A stretch of DNA of 64,000 nt, from positions 72,106,001-72,170,000 of the forward strand of contig CM060731.1 in assembly GCA_030704615.1 (NCBI GenBank), given 5' to 3'. This stretch comes from Takakia lepidozioides. Taxonomy: Eukaryota; Plantae; Bryophyta. Positions 37,480-49,829 of this stretch are shown here, in pieces. Position numbers and translations under genes: made by a program. A model generated the notes under the pieces. The model saw nothing but the letters and a program-made list of their open reading frames with translations, was not told where the DNA came from and ran no database searches. The stretch's first letter is position 1. The number at the start of each line of letters is the position of its first letter.

Positions 37480-40100
37480 AGCCGTCAGGCAAGGCTGCCT
37501 TAGTCGTTCACCTTGGCGGAGACAGTGTCAACGCCATCCATGGCACCTAGTTCTCGCCCGACTGTTACCGAGGCGGAGGTTTCTATGCCATAGGGGAGAG
37601 CTACACGTGCAGCACTGACACCTGCTGCCAAGGCTAGTGCGGCCGGTGTGTTATTGGGGGCAGCCACCTCTGTGTGTCAGGTCCCACTGTTCTCGGCAAC
37701 GATGATTGCGACGCCGGGGGTGAGACCAGCTGCAGTGTTCCGACTAGCAGCAACACTCTGTGAGAGTGGGGAGGTCACTTCATCTTCTGCGGAGTTAGTG
37801 GAAGGTGTAGTGGCAGAGGGATCCTCGGATTTGAGGGTCAAGACTGCCACGGCTGCGCCCTGGCAAGCTGCAGCTGTCAGGTTGACGAAGCTGCCAGCTA
37901 GGCCAGCCTTTGAGCGCGCCATGGTGACACCTGGAGTTGTCTTGTTAGACAACCAGGGAGGCATTTTCACTTTCAGTGGACCGGCAGGCAAGAAGTACCG
38001 GCCACTGTGGGTCTTGTTGGACTCGGGAGCTCAGCCACTGATGTTGGGCAGAGCTGCTATTGCAGGTTTGGGCCTCATGGAGATGGATATGGAGCCTTGT
38101 CCTTTCCAGATATAGACATCTCTGGAAGGATCAGAGCAGGCTCGGGGCATGACACGGCATCAGTTGGCCATTAGACTGCAGCCGGATCATCCTATCGATG
38201 GCTCAGTAATGCGAGCCAAGGCCATTGTGACAGACGCAGTCTCTTACGATGTCCTCGTTGGTGGGGCAGTGTTATACCCCATGGGCTTCACCCTGGACTT
38301 TTGGGAGGAGTCAGCATCCTACAGGCCTGGATGGCAGTCAGGCGATGGTCGCCGTGCTCAGCTCCCTGTGACATTCATTGGGGGTATAGCGGCTGCCCAG
38401 CGGGGCAAGATGCCAACACTAGCCGCCTTTACAGCTGCAGTTAGTTGGCCTGGAGAGTTGCTGGAAGGCAATGCCCATGCAGAGGATGTGCCACCTCCAG
38501 CAGAGCAGGATGACATGCATGGTATGGCGGAGTTGCCTGCCATGATTGCTCACACTCCATTGTGGGGTACAAGCAAGGATTTGCAGCAGGTTGCTGATCG
38601 ACGGGTTCAACAAGCCTGGGTAGAGGCTTTTGTTCCATCAGGAGAGGAGGAGAGTGCGGGTATTGTACCAGGACCACCTCAGTTGTCACCATTGGATACC
38701 ACACCTATTGTGTGGCAATATCCGGATGAAGGCATTTGCCTTCTGGACTTGTTTGGCGGGATCAGCATCGGATTGGCTGCTGTGCTACAGGCAGGTGTAC
38801 GAGTTCCATGTTACCTGTATGTGGAGAGGGATGAGACTGCATGACGCGTCTCACTGCGCCATGTTGCTCAGTTGGTACAGCAATACCCTGACTTGTTGCC
38901 AGTGTCTGCAGTTCGTGGATACCAACAAGCCTTGCCAGCAGAAATTTCTTTGCTGGGGGCGCAAGATTTGGAGCAGGTTGGCTCCATTGATCTGGTAGTG
39001 GCAGGTTGGCCCTGCCAAGGGCATTCATCAGCCGGGCATGGCAATGGATTGCGAGACTCGAGGACGGGTCTGTTTTGGGAGATGGTGCGGATTTTGCGCT
39101 ACTTGCAGCTTCATCAAGCTGTATCTCCAGCATACATCTTGGAGAATGTACCACTGATGGGTGATTCTCGGGCCAGGGTGATGGCCAGTGTGCATCAAGT
39201 CCGGTCGTGGCTTGGGTCAGCAGTGTTGCTGGATGCAGCTGCAGTGGGGTCACGGGCTCATCGTCCACGGCTTTGGTGGACTAACTTGATGCCACCCGCA
39301 CTACTCAAGCGTGCATTTGATGGGGTGCAGCGGCCAGCACACCTCACCGTGGATGGCATTTTGGACACAGGGAGGTAGTCTCAACGTGTGAAACACAATG
39401 ACCGTTCGCCTTTGGCAGTGGTCAACAGGGTGGGTCAACCACGAGCAGCATTACCTACACTGCTCAGCTTCCCAGGATCCCATGTTTTTTGGGATGGTGG
39501 ACCTGGCCTCCTGTGGGATGCTCAGTTGCAGCAGTTAGTGGAGCCTAATGCCGACGAGCGAGAGTGGGCTATGGGGTTTTCCACTGGGACCACGGCGGTG
39601 CCTTCTCTTTCTGAGGCATCACGGCGTCAGGTGTTGGGGCAAGCAATGGATCTCAATTGCTTGACCTGGATTATCAGCTTGGCTATGGCTGAGCAATGTA
39701 GAGTGCGGAGTGCACTCCCCTTCATGGTCTCTCTGCCTACCGAGACGGTACAGGCAGCGAGTGGGGGCGAGCCGGTGAGGACCACGGGGGGTAGACATCC
39801 ATGGCACACGTGGGAGGTGCTCGAGGTCCAAAGGGAGTTGGCAGCCAAGGCAGCTGCGATGGATGAGGTTGGGGATTTTTCTCGGGTTGAGGAGGTTCTC
39901 AATGATGAGATGATGAGGCAGGATGAGGCCTTGTCATTGACTGAGCAGGAAGGGAGTACTGCTCAAGAGGTTGCAGCATAGCAACCACGGGACGCGTCTC
40001 CTACCTCTAAGTCTGCTGGACTTAAGGTTGCAGTTACGGAGGACAATTGGGAGCCTGACATTGGACCCATTGTCACTGGAGGAGAGAGACAACGTATCAC
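37480..40100 (+). mobile_element. Gypsy-type polyprotein fragment: aspartic protease + C5 cytosine DNA methyltransferase + pre-RT-like linker
   Basis: ORFs 37648, 38149, 38872 and 39388 share one reading frame, broken only by in-frame stops. Protease motifs VLLDSGA and YDVLVG are followed by the MTase motifs. Confidence 0.85.
38734..39675 (+). pseudogene. DNMT3-like C5 DNA methyltransferase domain
   Basis: Motif I LDLFGGI, II YVERD, IV DLVVAGWPCQGHS, V GLRDSRTGLF, VI YILENV, VIII HRPRLWWTN, IX EREWAMGF and X RRQVLGQAM, all in canonical order. Confidence 0.93.
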
Positions 40101-43100
40101 CATAACAAAAGAGGCCATTCTTCCACATGTGCGGAGAGTCGCGGTGATCAGCCGCGAAGCGTCGCAAACACGGTCACCTTCGTAACAATTCGAAGTTCAT
40201 CGGCTCGGTGAGCTTCTGACTTGCTACGGTGTTTCCATTCCATTCTGTGTCCTCTTCTTGCGTAGGGTGAGTCTAACATTTTTGTAGGACCTCTGTCTGT
40301 CGCTCATTGTCCTTGCACCCTTGTTTGATTCTGCAGCAATGGAGGATGCTTGTGAAAAGGGTGGAGCGGACTGGGTGGATTTTGTGCACCAAACCAGACT
40401 GAAGAAGGAACGAAGGTACTGGTACTCATCAGAGGAGGTTGATCATAAAATAGTGGAAGCATTTGTAGACCTCCGTGCCCGGAAGCCCAAAAGCTCGAAT
40501 TGGCAGAAGAACAAGCTTTTTTGTCCCTTCTGTGAAGAGATTATCAAGGACAAAATCCAACTAAATCGGCATTGTGTTGACACGGGTTGCAAGGAGACTG
40601 TTGCAACGATTCCACTGGATTTCAAGCCTTGGCCGATACTGAAAAAAATGTCGATTGTCAAAGAGGCCACAATTCGCATGCGCGGATTAGTACTTGACCC
40701 CTGCACTTTGGAATTAGACGAAGTGCGCGCACGGTATGGCGTCCGTTCTAGTGGTCCGTCAATGGAGGATGTGCAAGTGTAGGGAACGCCGGACGCTGCC
40801 AGAAAACGTAAACTGAGTGATGGGGCCCAAAAAACGGAGAGGCAAAAAAATGAGAAGGTTGCAAGGTCTACTCGCAAGGCAAGGGCAAAATTCATGCAGC
40901 AGACTCAACCCCGTCCTGGGCGGCAGACCCACACCATCAGTATTGATACTGAAAGTGAATCTGCTCAGGTTGGGCAAACCATTATCCGGAATGATGACTT
41001 CGAAGGCCTGGAAGGGGTGACAAGTCCAGTGGACATTGACTTGCCTGACCAGACTAGGCAGCAGACTCACACAAATATCGCGACCCATGCCAGAGGTTTA
41101 GGGTCAAAACAAAAAACTCAACAGAGCACTGAAGGGCCAGTCTGCCCTGGCACATTGCGCCTCGTTGACTTTGGGCTTTTCCCACCAGAGTGCCCACCAA
41201 TTGGGGATCCAGACTTCTTTTGTTATTTCTATAGAGTTGCCCAGTCAGATCTGCTACGCACATTCATCCGACAGGCGGAATAGAATTGGTTGAACAGCTT
41301 TGAAGATGAAGATGACGATGAAGAAGTAGAGGAGGTAATGGTCAGTCTGACCGCCTAGTCTGTTCTCTGTGCTACTTATTGTGCTATTTGAGTCTATCAT
41401 GGGGGTCACGTTGCCTGTTCAGTCTGGTCAGTCCGCTGCGTTCTCTCCTCATTCCGCTGGCTCAGTCCGCTCGTCAATCAGTTTGTTTTATATTGCTGCA
41501 TTACTTACTGAGTGTGTTTGTCAGTCTGCTGGTCCAGTCTATGGTCCAGTCCACTGGTACAGTCTACTAGTTGGCTTCACCATACGTACGCACGTTACGT
41601 CTGTGAGTCTGCTGGTCTGTGAGTCCAGTCCGCTGCATGAGGTGAATATAGAGTCCACGTCCATGTTCCTGACGTCCAAGTTCTCTGCCGTATACCATGA
41701 TGAACGTGTTTCTATTCATAGGGCCATTCAGGCTTGGCGGATACCGAGCAACGATGCTCCTTTATAAGCGACTGCGGTGCATGCGGAAGTGGACCGCGTG
41801 CGGGAGTACATATTGTTGAAGTATCCTGGGTCATTTGCTGCTATAGCGGCATTACATATTCAACACGCGTCGGGGGGGAATGAGTCTGGGACAGCCGAGT
41901 ATGCCATCCAGCAGACTCCCATTCAGCAGGTCGTCATCCAGCAGACTCCAATTCAGCAGCCTGTCATCCAGAAGACTCCCAACGAGCAGCCTGTCATCCT
42001 ACAGACTCATCTCCAGGAGCCCATCATGCAGCCCACGCCCATGGGAAGACCTGTCATCCAACAGACTACGGACCAGCAGACTGACAGCCAGCAGATTGCC
42101 TTTCTCCCACATAGCACGGCTCTTTTTGCAGTTTGGCGATCGCCATCACCGTTAATTCGACCCAGAGCTGAAGACCTCACACTTCCCTGGCTTAGGGTGG
42201 GAGAAATTAATCCCTATTTGGATTGGCATAATGAGCTCAACCGGATTGTTGTGGACCGCCGGTGGTCATTTGTACCCTTTCATTATTTCATGGAGTTTTC
42301 TATTGAGGAAGCCAACCATGTTCTGGAAGCCGCCTCTGCTGTTGCCATTGAAGCCACAACCGTCCAAAATGCGCCGCCTCTACTTGTGCAGCTGATTCTC
42401 AAGGATGACCCACGGCCTGAAGACCTCAGACATATGCCTATGGCACATCTAACCTTTGGGGTGCGAAGAAAGCATTTGTTCGGATTGACTGAGGAGGACT
42501 TTGAGCGCATGGCAGCTTCCTTCCTACAGCATAGATGGATGCAGTTTGGCAATTTCCGCTCGTGCAACAAGTTGATGAAGGATCTGTATAGTTTGAGGAT
42601 GGACTTGCTCCATGGAACAGACCATTCACAAAAGTTTGTGGTGGATGACGCATTGCAATGGTTTGCATTGGTGATGGAGCGAGCAGTATTCGACATTGTT
42701 TTGCAGAATCCCAATGTCTTCAAAGTCCTGTGGTATGGGACCCCCACTAAAGACCACATCGGCGCCATTGCTCATCTCGATGGAGCATGCTTGTGCCGGC
42801 AAATCAAGGACATTGGCCTCGTTGGAAATCTCTTGGAAGGTAAAATGTTCTGGGCATCTTTCGTGTTTCAGCTCCATTTTTTTTGCCAACTTTTTTAGAA
42901 GTTCAGATTTGCAGAAACATGTGTTGCAGGGCAAGTTGATCTGGGAGACAAGCAAGTGCAGGCTGTTTTCAACTCTTTTGCCAGAGGTGCAAGGGACCTT
43001 GTCCTGACTTTTTAAGGAGTTCGGGAGACTGTCCAGCAGACTGGCTACGAGAATGTCCAACAACATATTCCCCACGACACATGTGGGCAGACTGCCCAAG

Positions 43101-45790
43101 TGCTGGAGACCAAGCATGTGCACCAGACCATCCCGGGTAATAGGCCGGACCACTCCCAACAGACTGCCCCGCACACACATACTCAATATGTGCAAACACT
43201 ACTGAGTGGGCAGCGAACTTTGCAGACTTTGCAGCAGACCGGCGAATAGACCGGCGAACAGACTGCCCTTCAGCCAACTGTGCAGCAGACCAGCGAACAT
43301 GCAGCAGACCGTTGAACCCAGCCAGCAGATTGCCCCTCAGCAGACTGTGCAGCACATTGGCGAACCCCACTCAGCAGATGGCCAAACAGACTATCCAGGA
43401 GACTAACAGCCAATCTGATCCCTGGATTGTGCAACAGACTCGGATGCACTGGCCTCACCAGGACCCTGTGGACAAATTTCTGCAGAGTTCCCAACAACAT
43501 GTTTTTGGATCTGTCAGTATGAGTGTTTTGAACGAGTCCACTTTTTCCCCATGCACAATCACTGACGACGTCATCAGATCACCGGTAAAGCATTCTTATC
43601 CAGCTCCCCGTGGCCTGCCTTCTATGACCTTTCAGCTCAGTCCCGTTTTCGTGCGGTCAGTGGCGAAAGCCATAGATGAGTCTTACATCACGACCGAACT
43701 CAATCCGGGAACGCAAAACCGTATCATAGATCTTACAGAAGAGTCTGAGGATGCAATTGCCGGTGGGTCTTCCATACATATTCTTGATGTTTCCCAAGTC
43801 CATGGAGAAGTTGATAGATTGCTCCTCGGCGTACAAAATCAGAACACCCAGCCGGCTGTCCACCAGACTGACCAGCACACTGAACAGTCGACACATAGAA
43901 GGACTGCCGAGCAACCTGCGGCGGGCCAACAGACTGTCTTTATTGATGAGCGGACTGAACCGCAGACTAACCAGCAGACTACACAGCTCACAGAGGGAAA
44001 GACTGACCAGGATGGCTCGGAGCAGCAGAGTGCACAGCTCAGTGAAGAACAGACTCAACCACGGCCTGACCAGCACACTGCACACTTCACAGAGGGAAGG
44101 ACTGACAACCAACCTGCCACCAAGCACACTGCCCACATTGAGGAAGAGACTGAACCGCAGAGTGGCCAGCAGACTGCACAGTTCACAGACGGAAGGACTG
44201 ACGAAGAACCGGCGGCCAAGCAGACTGCCCACATTGAGCAACAGACTGAACATGCTGGCAAGCACACTGACGAGGAACCACATGCGGCGCAGACACAGTC
44301 TAGTATAGCGCTGGATTACATGGAGTCTGCTCCCTCATCCCTTGGGCAGGTTGTGCCCTGCCCTCTTTCAGCACTGTTGTTTATGTTTTAGCACATTGTG
44401 AAATTGGGCTAATTCGCCATTTTGCTCGGTATCCTCACAGGATGTTCGTCCCGCCGTCGATAGACTATCTACTTTTGAGGACATGACATCTTCCGCCCAT
44501 GCTGCAAACGTGGGATCGACAACCAAGAAAGGTGTGGTGGTGAGCACGCCCCCCGATGCGCGGGTCAGTTCTACGCATGCGACCCACGAAGCTACAAAGA
44601 CAGGTCCAGCAAATGTAAACAAACCTGCTAACTAGCTTCTGTTGCGAAGTAGGGCGGCAGCGCTGCGCTTGTCTGCTCTATCCAGCCCACCTACAGCTAT
44701 CCCTGCTTCCCAAGGGAGAGGCAAAACCAAGAAGCAGACTGTCATGGACCATGCTGAGGAGGTTGAGGAGGGTCCGAGTACCAAGAGTCCTGTGAAGAAA
44801 AAGTCTGGCGTCTTTATGAACAAGAACCGCAAGCTGCCCTTGGACATGGACAAAGATGTGGGTTGTTTCTTGGAGCAGCATAGGTGAGTACTGTGCTCAG
44901 TCTCCTAGTTTGTCTTTGTCGTTAAGTGCTTTGCGGTTTGTTGTGGTTAGTCTGCTCGCTGGTCAGTCTGCTACTGGTTGTCATCATTGTCTGTTGTGGT
45001 CAATCATAGTCTGCTCAGTCTGCCATGTTCTGCACAGTTTGCTCTGCAAACCGGTCTACTGTGCTCAGTCTGCCAGTACTGTCAGTCTCGTGCGGAAGTG
45101 AGTGTTCAATCTACTGATGAACTGTTCAGCCTGTAGAGTGTTTGGTACCATGTTGTTGTCAGTCTGTTTAGTACATGAGGCTTCCCAAAGGATGGTTTGT
45201 TCTGTGCAGGATGGGTGCTCGGTTTAACGAAGCACATGTTCTGCACGTCAAGGCAGGTAATTCCATGCTGATGTTTTTGTCGCCGGATGACATAAAGGCG
45301 CTCGAGAAGGTTGAGTCGGAGTGTATAGATAGACTCCTAGAGCTGTGGTGTCGATTCTATGAGAAGTTGGTTGAGGCTGCGTTCACCAAGACTATTGTTG
45401 TTCTTCCAACGTCGACGTGGACGGTGTTGAAATCATTGGGGGCGGGGCAACATGAAAGCCTTCTGGAGGTCTTCAAAGGTTGCCTCAGCACTGAACGACT
45501 GGGCAGCGACTTGAAAGGTGCGATTTCATTTTGGTGCCAATTGGGGACGAGTAAGAACTCTTCCGAGTCTGCTGAGACTGAGTCTCCTGAGTCAGAGTCT
45601 GGTTCCGCAGTGTCCTCTTGACTCTAAGCGATTAAGTTGATCTCTGTATCTGTCCAGTGGACTGGGTTTGAAGATTGAGTCTGCTGAGTCTACTGAGTAT
45701 CAGTCTGTTGAGTCTGCCCATCATGACTGTGCAATGACGCCATGTTGTTTGATACCATTGCAGGGGGCGCTGGAGTGTTTGTATCATCGA
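40100..45790 (+). mobile_element. MULE-associated multi-exon cargo region ending in the N-terminal half of a Ulp1 domain, rich in CAGACT
   Basis: Zn-finger-like CPFC..LNRHC, Gln/Thr-rich ORFs (41777-42898, 43312-44391), ECID..VLPTSTW, and RWSVCIID cut by the CACTA TIR. Confidence 0.65.
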
Positions 45791-47340
45791 CACTAGAGGA
45801 AAAACGCGGAATAACCACTGGCCCTTTAACCACTACTGTATTTTCCCACTCTATAAACCACTAGTAACCACTTGCCAATGGTTAATCCCGATGAAATGCC
45901 ATGGTGGCATCACAGACAGTGGTTGAAAGTGGTTTCAACCACTCAGTAGTCCACGTGTAATAATTTATTTTTATTTTTTATTTGGTACTATATTTGAGTT
46001 AATAAATATAATATTCCACGTGGACGGGTGCATTAGTGGTTATAGACACCTCGGTGATTGGAAGTGGTTGAAACCACTTGCTACTTCACGTGTAATAATT
46101 CAAATTTTATTTATGATTTGTGATTTGGAAATCTATTTCAATTAATAAATATAATATTCCACGTGGACGGGGACAGTGCACGTTGATCTTGAGTGTTTAA
46201 AGACACCTCATTGATTTGTACCACTTTTACAGTGGTGGAGAGGGGTGGTGAAAGACACTGCAGTAATGGGAACCACTATTCTAGTGGTCACTCGTAAGTG
46301 ATTGCCTACACAACAATGATTGGTACCACTTTTGTGGTGATACATAAAAACTTTTAAGTGGTTTGTGCACCCGTGACAGACTTTGAAAAACAGACAAGTG
46401 TCCAGAAGGATGATGCTATTGAACAAATGGTTCCAACAATAAACTTTATTTTGAATCTGAAACATATTCGTCGCCCTCTGAATCACTCTCCTCAACTGGA
46501 ATAGCAGTTGGTTGTACAAATGCCGCTTCAATGGTAGCCAACATAGCCAGGTCTTCTTTATTTAGAGCCGTGGCACCATCTAATGACCTAGGTATTGGTT
46601 GATCTGATAAGGTAGACGTCGATTGGCACCCCACTCATCACCACTTGCCTCTATCTGCCACAGTTCACAACAAGAATGACACATGTTAGCAATGAAGTGT
46701 TGCATTACTTAGCAAAAAATACCTAGCATGAATGATACTTTAAAAACCACTCTTTCAAACCACTGGAGGAGTGAGCAGAATGACTTGTAAATTTACATGC
46801 TCTTCCAATAAGTCACTCACTCAGACATTCCGTTACTACAGCAGTGGTTATAATCAGGATGAACCACTGACATTTGTGATTTTGTGGGTGGTTTGATTAT
46901 ACTGGTGACACTCAGAATTGAAATTGATCTTGATATGAATAAGGTGCAATGAAAAGAAGTACTCACTGTACCCAAATAGCCATGACATTGGTATTGTTCA
47001 GCACATACAAAATTTGTGCTGCATCTCTCTCAGTTCCAGTCATATCCCGCTTTTTGCCGACACCTTCCAAGATCTCGTCCTCAACCCCTTCCTCCGCATT
47101 TGCATCCCAAGTCCGCCGTTGAGTTGCATCGAATGATTGCATATACTCAGTCATGAACCCCATGGCCTCATCAAGAACATACCCTGCAACCGTACTCCCT
47201 TCTAGCTTTGCATAATTCCTAACGTATCCCTTGAGATCTTTCATGTAACGCTCCATGTGATACATCCACCTTGAAGACACCGGATGAACAATTTGGTTTA
47301 TCTCCATGGAATACATCTATGTGCTCACTTGTAACCACTA
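45791..47340 (-). mobile_element. CACTA element end with a TnpD (DUF4218) exon
   Basis: TIR CACTAGAGGAAAAACGCGGAATAACCACT and many AACCACT repeats. ORF 46963-47316 reads PVSSRWMYHMERYMKDLKGYVRN.AK.EGS...GY..DEA. Confidence 0.88.
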
Positions 47341-47904
47341 AAATGAATTAAAAAAAAAACAAATACCGAAGGGGGGACTGCTCGAGATGGACCGGCATTA
47401 GATCGTCCGGCATGCGAGAAACCACGGGTCTGCTACGCAATACGTCGGTTAAGGTGGAATTGTAGTGGCAAGTTGTCATCATCCGAGGCTTCAACTTCCG
47501 CCCGGTCCAATGCAGCAGAATGATGCATGCGTGTGGAAAACAGATCAACCCTGTTGCTCCTTAATGTCCGCTATGTTCATGGGGAGTTGGATCGGTTTTG
47601 GCATTGTGGTGGAGCTGGTCGTATTGGTGAGGCATGATCCTGTCCCGTCGACTGTACAATGGATTTGACACCATCGTTTGTATGAACAGGGTTGCGTACG
47701 TCGACCGGTCCTGGCAGTACATCACCCCTAAGCTCCATTGGGGCACTACCGGTGGCTTCAGCGTGTAGTGGGGGGCGAGGGTCGACCCCAACTTGATTTT
47801 GAGGACCATGTTCTGGGGATGACACAATTGCAGCTTCACCTTCATCTGCGATACGCACTTCTTCAAGAAAAAAGAACCAAAGTGCAAAAGATTTAAAAAA
47901 AAAC

Positions 47905-48120
47905 ACATCGGCTAGTAAGTCAAAGTGTGTCGCCCCGGTGGTTCAGGGTTCAAACCCGCTGCATTACCCATGTGTGGGATTGTTCGTGACGACGGTATGT
48001 CTGGGCGTTGATCCTCTTGTAGGTCTCATGGCCCATAAATGAAAGGGGGTCAATTTTTCTCCCTCCTCAAGGGCCTGAGGTTTTATTTATTTATTTTTTA
48101 GAAAAAAAAAAAAACAAAAA
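47905..48120 (+). mobile_element. tRNA-derived SINE (same family as 10010-10240)
   Basis: B-box GGTTCAAACCC, shared body ggcccataaatgaaagggg..tttttctccc..aagggcctga and an A-rich tail. Confidence 0.65.
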
Positions 48121-48221
48121 GTTATTTATAGGGTTTGCAAAAAGGTTAAAAGACTTAAAAAAGTTGCCCATCATGTATGTACAATATATACATACTTTTG
48201 GGGGTAAAATTCAAATGTGTG

Positions 48222-48286
48222 TATGTAACGTAATGGTAAGGGCTCTTCCTGCGCGTCGCGGCGTGGCGGGTTCAAACTCCTCGCAT
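48222..48286 (+). other. tRNA-like Pol III cassette (degenerate SINE head)
   Basis: A-box-like TAACGTAATGGTAA and B-box GGTTCAAACTC at tRNA spacing. Confidence 0.45.
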
Positions 48287-48759
48287 TGTTTTTTTTTCCC
48301 CTCATGCACTAAGCCCCACTAAGCCTTATCGCTGCTGCGCACACTTAGTCCTCATGCAGGTTGGTCTTAGCATGTCGTGTTTCAATCTCTGCTCGTTCAG
48401 CTGCACCGTGGTGGTTCTCATGGACAATCCAACATTACCTGACTATAGACACAAGTTAAGTAGGTTTGAGTAGGTGTCAAAATAGTTCCTAAAACCTAAT
48501 TTTGTAGAATAAAATGATCCTGGAAGCCAGAGGAGGGCCTATGGGAGCATTCTGCAATGACCTCACAGAAATCGCGGCAAAAAATACCCCCCGTCCAACC
48601 AATGGCCTCCTTCTTCACGTGACTACGTGTCGTGGAATAATGAAATGCCACGCACACAGAAATTGTGTGGAAAGGAAGTGAGGGGAGAATAAGCCTCCAT
48701 TGGCTTATATCCCCCCCCCCTTCTCATTTCTCGGGCCACGTGCAGGGTGAATCTTCTAG

Positions 48760-49412
48760 AAGCGACCGCCAACTTGGCGGTCGCTCCATTTTCCGGAAAT
48801 AAAATAAATAAGCGACCGCCAACATTGGCGGACGCTTCATTTTCAAAAACTTTAAAATAAATAAGCGACCGCAAACATAGGCGGTCACTTCATTTTCAAA
48901 AACTTTAAAATAAATAAGCGACCGCCAACATAGGCGGTCGCTTCATTTTCAAGACATTTAAAATAAATAAGCGACCGCCAACATAGGCGGTCGCTTCATT
49001 TTCAAGACATTTAAAATAAATAAGCGACCGCCAACATAGGCGGTCGCTTCATTTTCAAAACATTTCAAATAAATAAGCGACCGCCAACAATGGCGGTCGC
49101 TTGATTTTAAGAACAATTAAAATAAAAGCAACCGCCAGTTATGGCGGTCGCTTGCTTTTCAAAAACATTTAAATAAAAGCGACCGTCAGTAATGGCGGTC
49201 GCTTCATTTTCATTTTCAAAATAATTAAAATAAATGCGACCGCCACAAATGGCGGTCGCTCCATTTCCAACCAAATTTTAAAAAAACGACCGCCACTAAT
49301 GGCGGTCGCTGCAATTACGAAAAACAACAATACCGGCGACCACCCCTAATGGCGGTCGCTCCATTTTCCTCCAAGAAACAAAAAAGCGACCGCAAGTAAC
49401 GGCGGTTGCTTC
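48760..49412. repeat. Array B: ~13 palindromes GCGACCGCCA-N3-TGGCGGTCGC, 50-53-bp period
   Basis: Read directly from the sequence. Spacers are ttcattttcaa...aaaataaataa. Confidence 0.95.
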
Positions 49413-49829
49413 ATTATTTTGCTACATAAAGCGGAAGAAGCAGGGGCTTGCCTGAGAGTGCTCGGCTTCAGTTGGCGCGGGTTGTGAGCAAGACAAGAGG
49501 ATCTCCTGCTGGAGCTTCAGTTTGGCCATGCGAGACGTTGACGCCGCCCGTTGTAGGCTTCAATTTGCGCCGCGGTCTGGATGTGGGGTTTCTCTCAGGA
49601 GAGCCACGCCCTTCTCCACGCGGCATAAGTCCGAGTAAAAGAAAAATCTTCCGCAGAATGCGTGCATACAGGCCTCGAATGGAACTTCGCCAGTAATAGC
49701 TGTCGCTGCACTTATAAAAACAAAAAAAAACTTCAAGCGACCGGAAGTGAGGGGAGAATGTGCTGGAGCCTATATGCCTCCCTCCCCCCGCCTCACTCCT
49801 CGCTCCATGCGCAGGGCACACTTCGTAGA

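Noticed and set aside
38734-39675. Bacterial restriction-modification MTase or contamination
   Set aside because: It is in frame with a retroviral-type protease, has DNMT3-like motifs and plant-type C>T decay, and has no cognate nuclease or operon.
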